Shown: positions 8,219 to 20,181, counted from the first letter of the stretch. The stretch is 47,803 nucleotides of DNA from Bacillota bacterium (GCA_963929465.1 CAWVJG010000012.1:1-47803), one strand, 5' to 3'. The notes: generated by a model not told the origin, from the letters alone. Translations and numbers: made by a program.

Positions 8219-11200
8219 TTACAATACTTTCTTTTTAATGATAACAACACCTGCACCGATAACAATCAAAGTACTAATTCCAATCACTACATACATCCAG
8301 TAAGATTTTGTCTCACCAGTAGGTGGTGTGATAGTTACTTCTACTTCATCATCGTCTGGTTCATCTTCTGTAAATGTGTCTGTTCCTGGGTCATATGATT
8401 CATTTGTTGTTGGGTCATAGTTTCCTGGTATTGAATCATATGTTTTTCCACCTTTTAATTTAACAATTTCTACGTCATTTTCATATGTTAAATCATCTGT
8501 TGATGTTGATAATTGTTTTGATACTACTAAGCTTACATCAGTAGCTACTTCACCTGGTTTCATATTTTCAAATACTTGACTTGCTAAATGTACGACATTT
8601 TGATGGTCTTTGACTGCATCATATACTTTATCAGCAAGAATGATACCTTTAATTTGTGATTCTTCTGCTTGTATATCAACTCTTTGCCACTTTCCACCTT
8701 CCTGTAATACTAAGTCTTCTGGCAAGTAGTCATACATGTCTACAACTTTTACAACTTTATATGCATTTTCCTTATTTGCTGGAACTTGTCCGTAAATATA
8801 GTAATCTTCACTATTATAGTCAATTTCAGATCTTCTATTATCTACTGATATTGCATAGTTAATTCTTAAAGTTGCCCCTTGTATAATTTCATTGTCAATT
8901 TCAATATAAACATCATCATTATCTAATACCCTAACACCTTGTAAGTTATCTGTTTCTGGATTTCCGTTAACTAAGTCATTACCATTTGGTAACACAATTT
9001 GTAAATTTGCTACCTTTTTATCAACATCTAGATATTGTCTTGGTCTTTCAATAATACCTAAGTCGATGTTATCAAATAAGAATTTCAAGTCTACTCCATA
9101 TCCACTTCTATTATCTAAGTTAACATCATAATCTAATCTAATTTCAAATTGTGCAGTATCAGCACTAATTGTTTTTAATAGTCCTGCTAATGTTGTTTGA
9201 TAATTCATTTCTTCATCTTGACTTGTTCTATATCCTACTATGTCATTAATAGTTGTTCCGTCTTTTTTTACTGCACTGACATCTCTTGCATCTGATAATC
9301 TGCTAGTACCAGTGTTGCTGGTTTCTGCTCTATACCAATATGCGTCCATACTTGCACTACTTCCACCTCTATAAATTGTAGATTTATAGTCATCTGCTTG
9401 TATTTCTCCTATTTTGTTACCATCTTTATCATAAATGGTACTAATCTGTCCATCATTATCTCCATAAGTATATCTTATTACATAGTTTGCTGGTATAACT
9501 CCAGAGAATTCATAATTACCATGTTCATCTGTCATTGTTATTGCTGGTTCTACTGTTCCATCCTTCTTGTATAAGTTTGCTTGTGGATATCCTGTATCTG
9601 TCACTGTCAATAATTCTACTTTAGCATTTTGAACAACATTTTCATTAGCTTCATCATAAACACCGTCACCTTTTCTTTCTTTGGCATCTCCAGTTAGATT
9701 TAGTAAATTTGGATCTGCACTATCTTCCCATACAGTACCTGCTATCATTCTTCCTTCTTTTATTTCAAGAATTAGTGATGGAGCTTTATCCACATCATCT
9801 TCTATTGTACTTGTAATGTCTACAGTTCTATTTTGTTCATTTACTTTAACTTCTGGTTGTGTTGAATCTGCTGCTGAGTCTATATCAATTCCAGCATAAG
9901 GTGTTGAACCTGCATCACTAAATGAAGAGTATGATGCTACTTCTGAAACAGATTCTAATGTTAATGTGCCATTTAATATAGAATTGATTGCCTCATTATT
10001 TAATTCATATGTAATGAATAAGTCTTTGGTTTCTCCTGGTGCAATTAAATAGTTGTTTGTTTGTATGTTTACTCTTCTTAAACCATTTTGATTATAGCTA
10101 TCTGGAGACCAATTTAAAGTATTTCCTTGTTCATCTGTTACTACAACATTTTCATATCGTTCATCATAATAATTTGCTAATGTGTTTAGTCTTGTATATA
10201 CACTTGATTCATTTGTTATTTTTACTACATATGTTACAAGTACTTGTAAGCTGTCATCATTGTGTTGATTATACACAACATCTGAACTATATACAGTTCT
10301 TGAGTATGAACCTTCTATATATTTACTAGCAAATTTAACACCTACATTAAATTCCCCTGTTTCTGGATCTTTTGATAATGGATTATCTGGGCTGTCAGGA
10401 TCAGCAAATCTTTGTGCATATTCATATGTATGTTCATATTTATTTAAACTAATTTTCACATTTTGCATATCTTCTAGTACAAATAAGTCTGGCATTACTC
10501 TTTCTTCTACACCTAAGTTTAATCCACCGATTTCTACAACTGCATCTTTTCTAATGTCATCTGGTGTTAAATCTGTGCAAAGAGCATTTGATGATGTTGG
10601 TGTAACTGCTTGAATTTCATAATAATCATATACTCCAGCGATTGGGTATGTTTGTCCTTCATATCCTTTTTTTACATCATCACCATAAATAACTGTACTT
10701 AGATGATTTGCTGAATCGTAATTATATTTAATCTCTTCATTTACATTATATGCCCTTCCTTTACTAATTGTTGAGAAGTCATCATTAAATTGTGGTCTTT
10801 TCTTTTCATCTGATGCTTTATTGGTATTACTACTATATATTTCTACAGTTTTTCCAAATTCATCTGTTTCTTGTGTGCTATCAAATTGTAAGTCTACTGG
10901 AATAGATTGATAACTCATACCATTATATTCAAATTCAATATATGCACCTACTAAATCATCAATTCTAATTTTAACTGCATTTGGATTTTCATCATAGTTA
11001 CCAAAGATATATTCTCCGTTTGCATCAGTTGTTGTTTCATCCATTACTTGTCCATTTGCATTTTTTAATCTAACAGTTACATATTGTAATCTTTTATCTT
11101 CTGTTCCTTCTACCCATTCATAGTCTTTTGTACTATTTTTTCCATCAGTCTTATCTTCCCATGCAAATCCTGATATCTTAATATATTCTCTCTTGTTTGT

Positions 11201-14200
11201 TGCACCATATTCTGATACAGTTTCTCCTGGTGTTATCACAATATCAGAACTGATTAGTTTTGGAACATCTTCATATCCGAAATGTGGGTTTTCTGTTTCG
11301 ATTAATTCATAAGTTCCTATATAGATGTAACTGATGTTAATTTCACCATTTTCATCTGTGTAAATGGTTGTTGGTGTTGTACTATATACTGCCTCTCCAT
11401 TTTGATCAATAGATACATATTGACCTTCTTTATCGCCTTCTCCCTCTAACATTTGTAATGTAAATCCTATATTACTTAATTTTACGCCTGTATCTTCATC
11501 TGTCTTCGTAAGTTTGAATTTACCATATACCATTTTGTTTGTTAAATCTGCATTTGTTACTTCTCCAATTGAGATGTGTACGTCAGATGTAATAACAAGT
11601 GGTACTCTTTCATATCCATAGTATGGATTTTCTACCTCAACTACTTCATATGTTCCTGGATATAAACTCTTAATTTCAATTCTACCATTTTCATCTGTGT
11701 AGATGGTTGTTGGTGTACTACTATAGTCTGCTTTTCCTTTATCATTGATTGATACATATTGTCCTGCTTTTTCTCCATCTAACATTTGAATTGTAAATCC
11801 AAGTTTTGGTAATACTTCTCCTGTATCTTCATCTGTTTTTACAATGACTAAATTACCATAAACTTTTTCGTTTTTCATATCGTAATTTAATTCTTTTCCA
11901 ACTTCTATGTTGACATCAGTTGCAATAACAAATGGTGTATTTTCATAGAAGTCATATGGGTTTTCTACCTCAACTACTTCATATGTTCCTGGGTACATAT
12001 TGTTAATCTCGATACGTCCATTTTCATCTGTGTAAATAGTTGTTGGTGTGCTACTATAATCTGCTTTTGTATCACTACCAATAGATACATATTGTCCTGC
12101 TTTTTCTCCATTTGTCATTTGGATTGTAAATCCAATGTTTGGTAATATTTCACCTGTGTCTTTATCTGTTTTTTCAATAACCAATTTACCGAAGACTTTT
12201 TCGTTTTTCATGTCATATTTTAATTCTTCTCCAGCTGTTATTTTTAAATCAGATGTCATAACAAGTGGTGTATCTGCATAATAGAAATATGGATTTTCTA
12301 CCTCAACTACTTCATATGTTCCTGGATACATATTATTAATTTCAATATGTCCATTTTCATCTGTATAAATGGTTGTTGGTGTGCTACTATAATCTGCTTT
12401 TGTATCACTACCAATAGATACATATTGTCCTGCTTTTTCTCCATCTTTCATTTGAATTGTAAATCCAATACCTGACAATATTTCTCCTGTATCTTTATCT
12501 GTTTTGTCAATAACCAACTTACCGAAGACTTTTTCGTTTTTCATGTCATATTTTAATTCTTCTCCAGCTGTTATTTTTAAATTAGATGTTATCACAAATG
12601 GTGTATCTGCATAGTAGAAATATGGGTTTTCTGTTTCAATTACTTCATATGTTCCTGGATACATGTTGTAAATTTGTATTTGTCCATTTTTATCTGTATA
12701 TAATGTCGTTGGTGTACTGCTATATACTGCTTTTCCATCACTACCAATAGATACATATTGTCCTGCTTTTTCTCCTTCTTTCATTTGAATTGTAAATCCA
12801 ATGTCAGATAATATTTCTCCTGTATCTTTATCTGTTTTTTCAATTAGTAATCCACCATATACTTTTGTATTTGTTACATTTAATGTTCTTTCTTCTCCAC
12901 CATCTATAATTAAGTTGTTGGTTGAAAGATGTGGTACTTCATCATAGTAATAATATGGGTTAACAGTTTCTATTAATTCATATTTTCCTTTGTATAGGTT
13001 CTTGATATAGATTTCTCCGTTTTCATCTGTCATTAGGTTTACAGGTGAATCTACATACACTGCATTTCCGTCAGCATCAATAGATACATATTTTCCTGCC
13101 ATTTCTCCTTCTAACATTTGAAGTGTAAATCCAATTCCTGATAGTTTTTCTCCTGTCTCTTTATCTGTTTTTCTAATTAATAAGTTTGCAAATACTTTTT
13201 CGTTTGTTACATTTTGTGTTGTATTTTGTCCTGGATTTACCACAATAGAATCTGTGATAACCACTGGTGTTGAACTATAACCTTGGTTAGGGTTTGTTGT
13301 TTCTGTTAATTCATAAGTTCCTGGATATAAACCATTGATAACTAATTGTCCATTAGCATCTGTTTTCATATCTGTTGGACTACTGCTATATACTGCATTT
13401 CCATTACTATTTACAGAAACATATTGTCCTGCTTTTTCTCCTGAAACCATTTTTAGTCTAAATCCTACATTGGCTAATTTGTCTCCTGTGTCTTTATCTG
13501 TTTTTGTGATAATTAATCCTCCAAATAGTTCGATATTTGTAAATTGTATTTTAGCTGTTGTTGTACTTCTCTTTATATCTGTATCAACTGTAATTAAGTT
13601 TTGATATTCGTCTCCCTCATCATGTTGTAAAATCCACATATCTGTTATTAATGTTTCTGCTTGATATGAAACCTCAAACTCAATTTTGTTAATCTTTGAT
13701 ACACCTGCATTAGCTGGTACTAATATATAAAAGTCTTGTCCAGATTTTACAGCACTATTAATGTCATCATATACTTCTAATGTATTACCATTATATTTAG
13801 CATATTTTACACTTACTTTTGCGTCATTTTGATTATAAACAGCTACATTATTTGTAAAAGTACCTGTATATACTAGGTTAAATGCACCTATTTTTATATA
13901 TTCTGTTCCAGAATATGTAATGATTTCTTTTGTTAAGTTATTTGTTCTTGTACTACTTGTAATACTTGCTGTACCACTCTCATTATAATTTTTAACATAT
14001 TCTGCTGCACGTTTTTCCCATTCAGGATAACTGATTCCGTCCACCACTAGTTACTATAGTATAGTCATTTGCAGCAGCCCAAGTTGGGAAGTATCCATAT
14101 ACTGCTTGTTGGTTTACAGAATATTTCTTACCGCCTCCTGCTACATGTAGCCATAAACTACTATTGGGATCATAATTTGATAAGTATTTTTCTGCCGCCT

Positions 14201-14636
14201 CTTCTGTTGCACCACTCCACATAATACTTCCTGGATCTGAGTGATTTAACATCCATGAAAACATTAAGTTTTCATCATTTGTGTGTTCTGCTAACAAGTG
14301 GGCACTATCATTATAGTTACTCTGAAAAACGTTGTCTCTATTACCATAAAAGCTACTTTTTTTACCTTCAATATGAACATAGTTTCTTACATAATACTTT
14401 GTACCATTGTTCATAATTTGTTGTCCATGTACAATACAATATGTTTTTTCTCCTGGTTTTCCAAGAATTAAATCATAATTATCAGAATTCCAATCCAGTC
14501 CATTTAAATCAACAATAACAGAATGTGTACCAAATGGAATTCTTCCTGCCTTAGATGTTGTTTCACTTAATACTAAGGCAGATAAGAATACTATCATGAT
14601 TAGTACAATTTTCTTTATAATTTTTATGTTATTCAT
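8219..14636 (-). CDS. Giant surface adhesin B2, ~2138 aa if joined, annotated as two ORFs (14022..14636 and 8219..14047) separated by a +1 shift at CGG 14037-14039. Domain order: signal peptide, thioester-domain-like head, 7 SpaA/Cna-B-type repeats, SdrD-B-like and Ig-like domains, TPPTGE-TM-KKK tail.
   Basis: The 204-aa ORF has a signal peptide and is homologous to the N terminus of the 20236..24531 protein (YCIVHGQ / FCVEHKQ; NQQAVY / VQNAIW). The 1942-aa ORF has no signal peptide and starts at a GTG two codons after an in-frame stop. Its C-terminal half parallels B1 (MQNVKISLNKYEHTYEYAQRFA versus MQNVRLAINGYQHIYEYAQRFA). Confidence 0.8.
11195..13525 (-). repeat. Intragenic tandem array of seven ~333-bp (111-aa) SpaA/Cna-B-type repeats
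   Basis: The units start [FY]G[GKN]L[ILV]I.KTD[KE][DE]TGE.L..[IL]GFT[IL]QM and end NPY..Y......[IV]....[IV]......NEKV. Units 3-5 are nearly identical at the DNA level (compare 12181-12300 with 12481-12620). Confidence 0.85.
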
Positions 14637-14640
14637 ATTC

Positions 14641-17600
14641 TTACCCCCTTTCCTTACTTTCTACATCTAAAACTTTTTTCTTTATTAAATAAACACCTAC
14701 TGCTATTAGTGTTATGATACTTAAGGTTAATCCTATATACATAACCACTTCACCTGTACTGATACTGATAATTAAATCAGCTGAACTCATGTCATTTTCT
14801 CCGTTTGCACGGTTTCCTGGTGTTGAGTTAATATCTGTAATACCTCTACTATTATAGGTTTCTCCTAATTCTGCAGTATTGGTATAAGTTCCTGTCTCAC
14901 TATCTGTCATAGTTTTTGTTAAGATTAATGTAACACTTCTTTCTTCATTAGGATTAATTTCATCATTTGATAAAGATATATTGTATAACATATCTCCCTC
15001 TTGTACCCATCCTTTGTTTAATTCACTATTAAATGTCATACCTTCTGGTAAATAGTCTACAATTCTTCTTGCATAACCACTTACTTCTCCTACGTTTGTT
15101 ACTTTTATAGTATATTCCACAACAACTGTAGAATTTCTAAGTAAGTTAGATCTTAATTCTACTTTTGCAAGTGACACATTGTTATAGTCATATACTACAG
15201 AATTTCCACTTCCTGAAGCAGATACTTGTGTAATATATTTATCTAATTTCAAATCAAAAATTTGTGTTTGTACAAGTCCCATATTGATATTTGCAATATT
15301 TTTATTTGTCAAATTAATTGTATCTGTCACACCATAAGTTTTTTCTTGTCCATTAATTGTCATCGTTTTTGCAACTGCTTTTGAATTTCTAGCACTACTT
15401 ACACCACTTTGCATGTATGAAGTTAATTTATATGTACTTGTATCATATTCAAATGCTACTATATATGTTCCTCTTGGAATTCCTGATAGTACATAACTTC
15501 CATTTTGGTCTGTTGTTGCTTGTATATTATTTCCTCTAGCACTTTTTACAATTTCTCCTGTTGTCATATCAATCAAATATACATTTACATTTGAAACTTT
15601 TTCTTCAGTACTTTGCATTTCTCCATTTTGGTCTCCATCTAACCAAACACTTCCTCTGATTTCATATTCACTTTCTGGATTTTGGTCATCATTATTTCCT
15701 TGATTTCCTCCACCTGGTGTATTGTTTCCTGTTGTATTTTCTCCTGGTATATTATTTCCTGTTGTATTTCCTTCTGGTGTGTTATTTCCTGTTGTATTTT
15801 CTCCTGGTGTATTATTTCCAGTAGTATTTCCATCTTGTGGATTATCAGGATCTGGGTCTCCACCTTGATTTTCATATCTGATTAAGTGAATAATTTCATT
15901 TGATTGTACTTCTGTACCATCTTCAACTGTTAAAGTTGCTACATTTGAAATTTGAATTGTTGTCTCTGCTGTTCCTTCTTTAACAATTGTTTTTATTTCA
16001 ATAACTGCTTGTTTATTATCTTGTGTATCTAATGTAATATCATTAACTTCTACTACATTATTTTTAATTTCTAAATCTAATTTTTGTCCATTTAATACAA
16101 CTTCTTTTACTTCTAATTGTCCTGGAATTTCATCACGTACATTGACAACTTTATCTGTTGTATTATTATTTGTTAAGAAAATTTGATAATTGATTTCATC
16201 TCCTGCTGATAAGTATTCTCCTTTGTTGTTTGCTTCTAATCTAATTTCTACATCTGTTGCTTCAGTTTCTTGTTCATATTCTATGATATGGTTAACTTCA
16301 TTTGTTTCTTTTTCTTCTCCTTCAATTGATAAAGTTGCTACATTAGAAATTCTAACTGTTTCGAAACTACTGATATCTCCTCTAACAGTTGCTTTAATTT
16401 CTACAACTGTTTGATTATTTTCTCCTGTTCCTAATTGCGTATTTAATACTTCTACTGTATTTCTTTGTGCTCCTAATTCTTGAGGTTGTCCATTTACAAG
16501 AACTTCTTGAACCATTAATTCAGATGGCACTTGATCATATATATAAGCTTCTCTTATAACTGAGTTATAATTTGTTACTGTAATTGTATATACCACTTCA
16601 TCTCCAGGATGAATATATTGTCCTTCGTTGTTTGTTTCCATTGCTATGTCTACATTTTCTGTACCTTCAACTATTTGATAATCAATAAAATGACTAACTT
16701 CATTTGTTCTTTTTTCTACACCTTCTACATATACACTTGCAACATTGTTAATTTGAACAACTTCATCTTTACCTTCAATTTGATTAATATTTGCTTTTAT
16801 CTCTATTGATGTTGTACTATTTCCTGCTACATCTACATCTAAGCTTACGATATTCGAACTTTCACTTAATTCTTGCATTTCACCATTTACATATATTTCT
16901 TTAGCAGTTAATTCGATTGGTAATTCATCATATACATAAACAGAAGCTGTATTTTCTTTATTGTTTGTTATGTTTATAGTGTAATTAATTTCTTCTCCTG
17001 GTGCTACATATTCTCCTTCTCTATCTGCTTCTAGACTTATATCTACATTAAATCTACTAGTAACTTCTTCTACCAAATTGTTGGAAGTATATGTATTATT
17101 TCCTTGTAGTACTTGTGCATACATATTAATATTGTCAACATTATTTACCATTTCTCTTGCTCTTACTAGTAAATCTACTACGACTTTTTGTCCAGGTTCC
17201 ATATTTCCTAAAGCGATTGTATCTGTATCACTTGTTTGAGAAGTTTCTGTAGTTCCTGATTCAGAAACATCCATTATTGTTTGTTGTAATATTTCAAAGG
17301 TTCCTGAAATATTCCATTTTAAAGATACATTTTCTTGTGTCGCATTACTAATATTTTCTACAATTGCTTCATACTTAATTATATCTCCTTCATATACTGC
17401 TCCCTCATCATCTAATGTTGTTTTTATAGATACTCTAAGCCCTGCATCTGCAATTGGATTTCTTAATTCTTGTGTTGTTTTTTGCACATCACCATATTGT
17501 ATGGTTGCAACATTTGAAATTTCAGCACCTACTGTAGCATCACTATTTACTCTTACTTCATATGTTCTTTGTGCTGTTTCACCCACTCCTAAATTTTCTA

Positions 17601-19947
17601 TTGTAAATTCTTGTGTATCTTTTTCTATTTCTTGATAATATTCTCCTGGATTATATTGATATAAAGGAATTGGCTCAACATATGTTGTTCCTTCTGGTAT
17701 ATTTGCGCTAATGGTTGTATTTTCTACACTTTCTTCTCCTGTATTTCTTACTTCTATAACATATTTGATAACTTGTCCTTTTTGTACAGTTGCTCCTTGT
17801 TCTAAGTATTTATCTCCTACTAATGCATATAGATTATTTTCTAATTCTGGTCCTTGTCCTGTTGTTAATGCTAAATAGGTAGAGTCTGCTGTGGTTGTTG
17901 TTACTCTATTTTCATCTGAATATTGTACTTGATATCCTTGATATGCAGTTTGGTTATATTCCATTGCTGAAGCTGTTTCAACAGTATATTCTACATCTAA
18001 TGTATTAGATTTGTTCATTTCTGGAACAGTAATTAAATATTTACTTGCATTTTCTGTTCTCTCTGTAGACCATCCATTATTTTGGTCTTGTAAATCATTT
18101 GAAGCGTTGGCATTCTCTGTATAGTAAACCACTTGCCCTTCTATATTTGTTGTAACATCTGATGCTAATTTCATACCCATGTTGTTTTCTAATGTTTGTC
18201 CTTCTTGATTAACCACATTTGAATCTGTTGGTAAATCTCCTACAATAGTAACATCCTTCATGTTATCTTTATTGACAATGACTTGTGATTTTACTCTATA
18301 GCTTTTGTTTGTATCACTTGGTAATACTGTAACTTCTTCCGTATTTGCTTCTCCTACTGTTTCTACATTTAATTCTTCTATTGAGTTTACTGTAATAATA
18401 TCTTCTGGTGCTTTTATATTCATTGTACCTTCTGTTAATGCTTCTTCTCCATCATTAATACATTTTACTTGTATTTTTTCTTCGCTGTCTGTTGCTTTAT
18501 TGTTTAGTTTTACACTTAATTTTAGGTTTAGAATAGCACCTTCCATAATGTCTTCTTTGTAGTTGCTTTGTTGTCCTTCTATATACACTCTGATAACATT
18601 GTTTTCAATTTGATAATTAACAATATGTAATTCTTCATCATATAGTAATTTGATATCTTCTACTAATGCTATATTTTCTACTTGGCTTGGTAAGATAATT
18701 TCTATATAAGGATTACTAAATAGTTTTTCTGTAGGTTCATTTGCTTTTAAAGTCACATTAACTTCTAATTCATTTTGTTCATTCATTGTATCTAATTGAT
18801 TTTTGCTTGTTTCTATTCCTATTGTTGTTTTTGGTTCCTCTAAATTGATGCTTAACACTGTTTCACTATCATTTGCAATGACTTTTTCAGCTAACCTTCT
18901 CAAACTTTTAATTTGTTCTATATCATAATTGATACTTGGATTAATATGTTTTATATTTGTAAATTGCAATACGCCTATTTCTTTTGGTGTGGTTATACGG
19001 AATTTAATATTTCTAACTAATGTATTGCTTCCATATTCTATACGAATATCTCCATTTTCATCTGTGTCTGTTGCATTATTAATTACATATATAATTTTAT
19101 CATTCTCATCTAGTACTTGAATTTGTCCTTCTTCTCCAAGTATGTTAATCATGTTTTCTTTATTTATAATAGTAGTATCAAAGAACATATATTCATCAGC
19201 AGGCAAAGCACTCTCGTCATCTAATATAAAGTTTAAATCACTATGTGCCATGTTGATTTCTGATACTTCTTGTAAATTTGAAATCTCTACATTATATTGA
19301 TCTGCGAATCTAATATTTTGTTTATTAGCAGAATACATATATCCTTTTGTTAATGAATTACTCATTTTTCCTGATACACTAACTTTATTTCCCATTAGAT
19401 TGATTGTTGCTTCATAATCATTTTGGCTACTAAATATATTAGGATTATCCACTAATTTCATATTCACATCTACATGAGAATAAACAGATACTTCTTCTAC
19501 AGTTGTATCCATATATCCATATATAATTGTATATTCTGCTGTATTGTCCATTTCATTTTGACTATTTAAATTCTGAATCAATAATTGTCCATCTTCTATT
19601 ATATAAGAATATAAATTGTCTTGTAATTTTTCTCCATTGTACAATACAACTACAGTATCAGGAAGTTTATCCATAAGTTTTGGTACACTTACATATATAT
19701 CTTCCTGTTCTTTACCTGCAATATTGCTACTTTCTATTTTTACTTTTTGTTGCAACAATACATTACTATCATCTACAGGTAAATATTTTTCTATTTCCTG
19801 ACTGATAGCAATATCTACTGTTGTTTCTGGTTCTGCATTGTTATTGCCTTCATCAGCAATAACTAGTTGAGAGCCCAATAGTAGCAGAAGTATTATGAAT
19901 ATAACTGCTACGAATAATGTTTTTTTGTTCTTTAAATACGTACTCAT
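14641..19947 (-). CDS. Giant surface protein A2 (1768 aa). Domain order: signal peptide, multiple DUF11/conserved-repeat Ig-like domains, low-complexity linker, SdrD-B-like domain, terminal DUF11-like domain, SISTGE-TM-KKK tail.
   Basis: It has an N-terminal signal/TM segment (LFVAVIFIILLLLLGS). Repeated motifs of the type G..[IV].Y.[IV].[IV].N.G and NVAT[IL] occur throughout. The SdrD-B-like segment reads IRGSVWLDGDQNGEMQ...TDQNGSYVLSGIPRGTYIV. It is a paralog of 24553..29535. Confidence 0.85.
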   Translation of the reverse strand: MSTYLKNKKTLFVAVIFIILLLLLGSQLVIADEGNNNAEPETTVDIAISQEIEKYLPVDDSNVLLQQKVKIESSNIAGKEQEDIYVSVPKLMDKLPDTVVVLYNGEKLQDNLYSYIIEDGQLLIQNLNSQNEMDNTAEYTIIYGYMDTTVEEVSVYSHVDVNMKLVDNPNIFSSQNDYEATINLMGNKVSVSGKMSNSLTKGYMYSANKQNIRFADQYNVEISNLQEVSEINMAHSDLNFILDDESALPADEYMFFDTTIINKENMINILGEEGQIQVLDENDKIIYVINNATDTDENGDIRIEYGSNTLVRNIKFRITTPKEIGVLQFTNIKHINPSINYDIEQIKSLRRLAEKVIANDSETVLSINLEEPKTTIGIETSKNQLDTMNEQNELEVNVTLKANEPTEKLFSNPYIEIILPSQVENIALVEDIKLLYDEELHIVNYQIENNVIRVYIEGQQSNYKEDIMEGAILNLKLSVKLNNKATDSEEKIQVKCINDGEEALTEGTMNIKAPEDIITVNSIEELNVETVGEANTEEVTVLPSDTNKSYRVKSQVIVNKDNMKDVTIVGDLPTDSNVVNQEGQTLENNMGMKLASDVTTNIEGQVVYYTENANASNDLQDQNNGWSTERTENASKYLITVPEMNKSNTLDVEYTVETASAMEYNQTAYQGYQVQYSDENRVTTTTADSTYLALTTGQGPELENNLYALVGDKYLEQGATVQKGQVIKYVIEVRNTGEESVENTTISANIPEGTTYVEPIPLYQYNPGEYYQEIEKDTQEFTIENLGVGETAQRTYEVRVNSDATVGAEISNVATIQYGDVQKTTQELRNPIADAGLRVSIKTTLDDEGAVYEGDIIKYEAIVENISNATQENVSLKWNISGTFEILQQTIMDVSESGTTETSQTSDTDTIALGNMEPGQKVVVDLLVRAREMVNNVDNINMYAQVLQGNNTYTSNNLVEEVTSRFNVDISLEADREGEYVAPGEEINYTINITNNKENTASVYVYDELPIELTAKEIYVNGEMQELSESSNIVSLDVDVAGNSTTSIEIKANINQIEGKDEVVQINNVASVYVEGVEKRTNEVSHFIDYQIVEGTENVDIAMETNNEGQYIHPGDEVVYTITVTNYNSVIREAYIYDQVPSELMVQEVLVNGQPQELGAQRNTVEVLNTQLGTGENNQTVVEIKATVRGDISSFETVRISNVATLSIEGEEKETNEVNHIIEYEQETEATDVEIRLEANNKGEYLSAGDEINYQIFLTNNNTTDKVVNVRDEIPGQLEVKEVVLNGQKLDLEIKNNVVEVNDITLDTQDNKQAVIEIKTIVKEGTAETTIQISNVATLTVEDGTEVQSNEIIHLIRYENQGGDPDPDNPQDGNTTGNNTPGENTTGNNTPEGNTTGNNIPGENTTGNNTPGGGNQGNNDDQNPESEYEIRGSVWLDGDQNGEMQSTEEKVSNVNVYLIDMTTGEIVKSARGNNIQATTDQNGSYVLSGIPRGTYIVAFEYDTSTYKLTSYMQSGVSSARNSKAVAKTMTINGQEKTYGVTDTINLTNKNIANINMGLVQTQIFDLKLDKYITQVSASGSGNSVVYDYNNVSLAKVELRSNLLRNSTVVVEYTIKVTNVGEVSGYARRIVDYLPEGMTFNSELNKGWVQEGDMLYNISLSNDEINPNEERSVTLILTKTMTDSETGTYTNTAELGETYNSRGITDINSTPGNRANGENDMSSADLIISISTGEVVMYIGLTLSIITLIAVGVYLIKKKVLDVESKERG
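15860..17050 (-). repeat. Intragenic triplication of a ~132-aa DUF11-like domain in A2 (single copy in paralog A1)
   Basis: The three consecutive units begin VDISLEADREGEYVAPGEEINYTINITN, VDIAMETNNEGQYIHPGDEVVYTITVTN and VEIRLEANNKGEYLSAGDEINYQIFLTN. A1 has one equivalent unit, IDMTMEANTESQYVKSGDNITYTIHVRN. Confidence 0.75.
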
Positions 19948-20181
19948 ATGTTTTCCCCCTATCCTTTATATTTACTTTAGCGCGAATATTCAATCTTTGC
20001 AATAGGGAGTTTCTGGAAAATTTTAAAACGTTTTCTTTCCCTTTAGGGAAGCTTCATTCTTCATTTTATGACAATTTTTTTATATTTTTGTTTCAGTTTT
20101 ATTACAAAATTCTTTTTAAAATCTTGTTTTTCGTCATTCCCTTATTTGCGTATGTTTTTTTGAGGGATTTTGGGGACGGAC

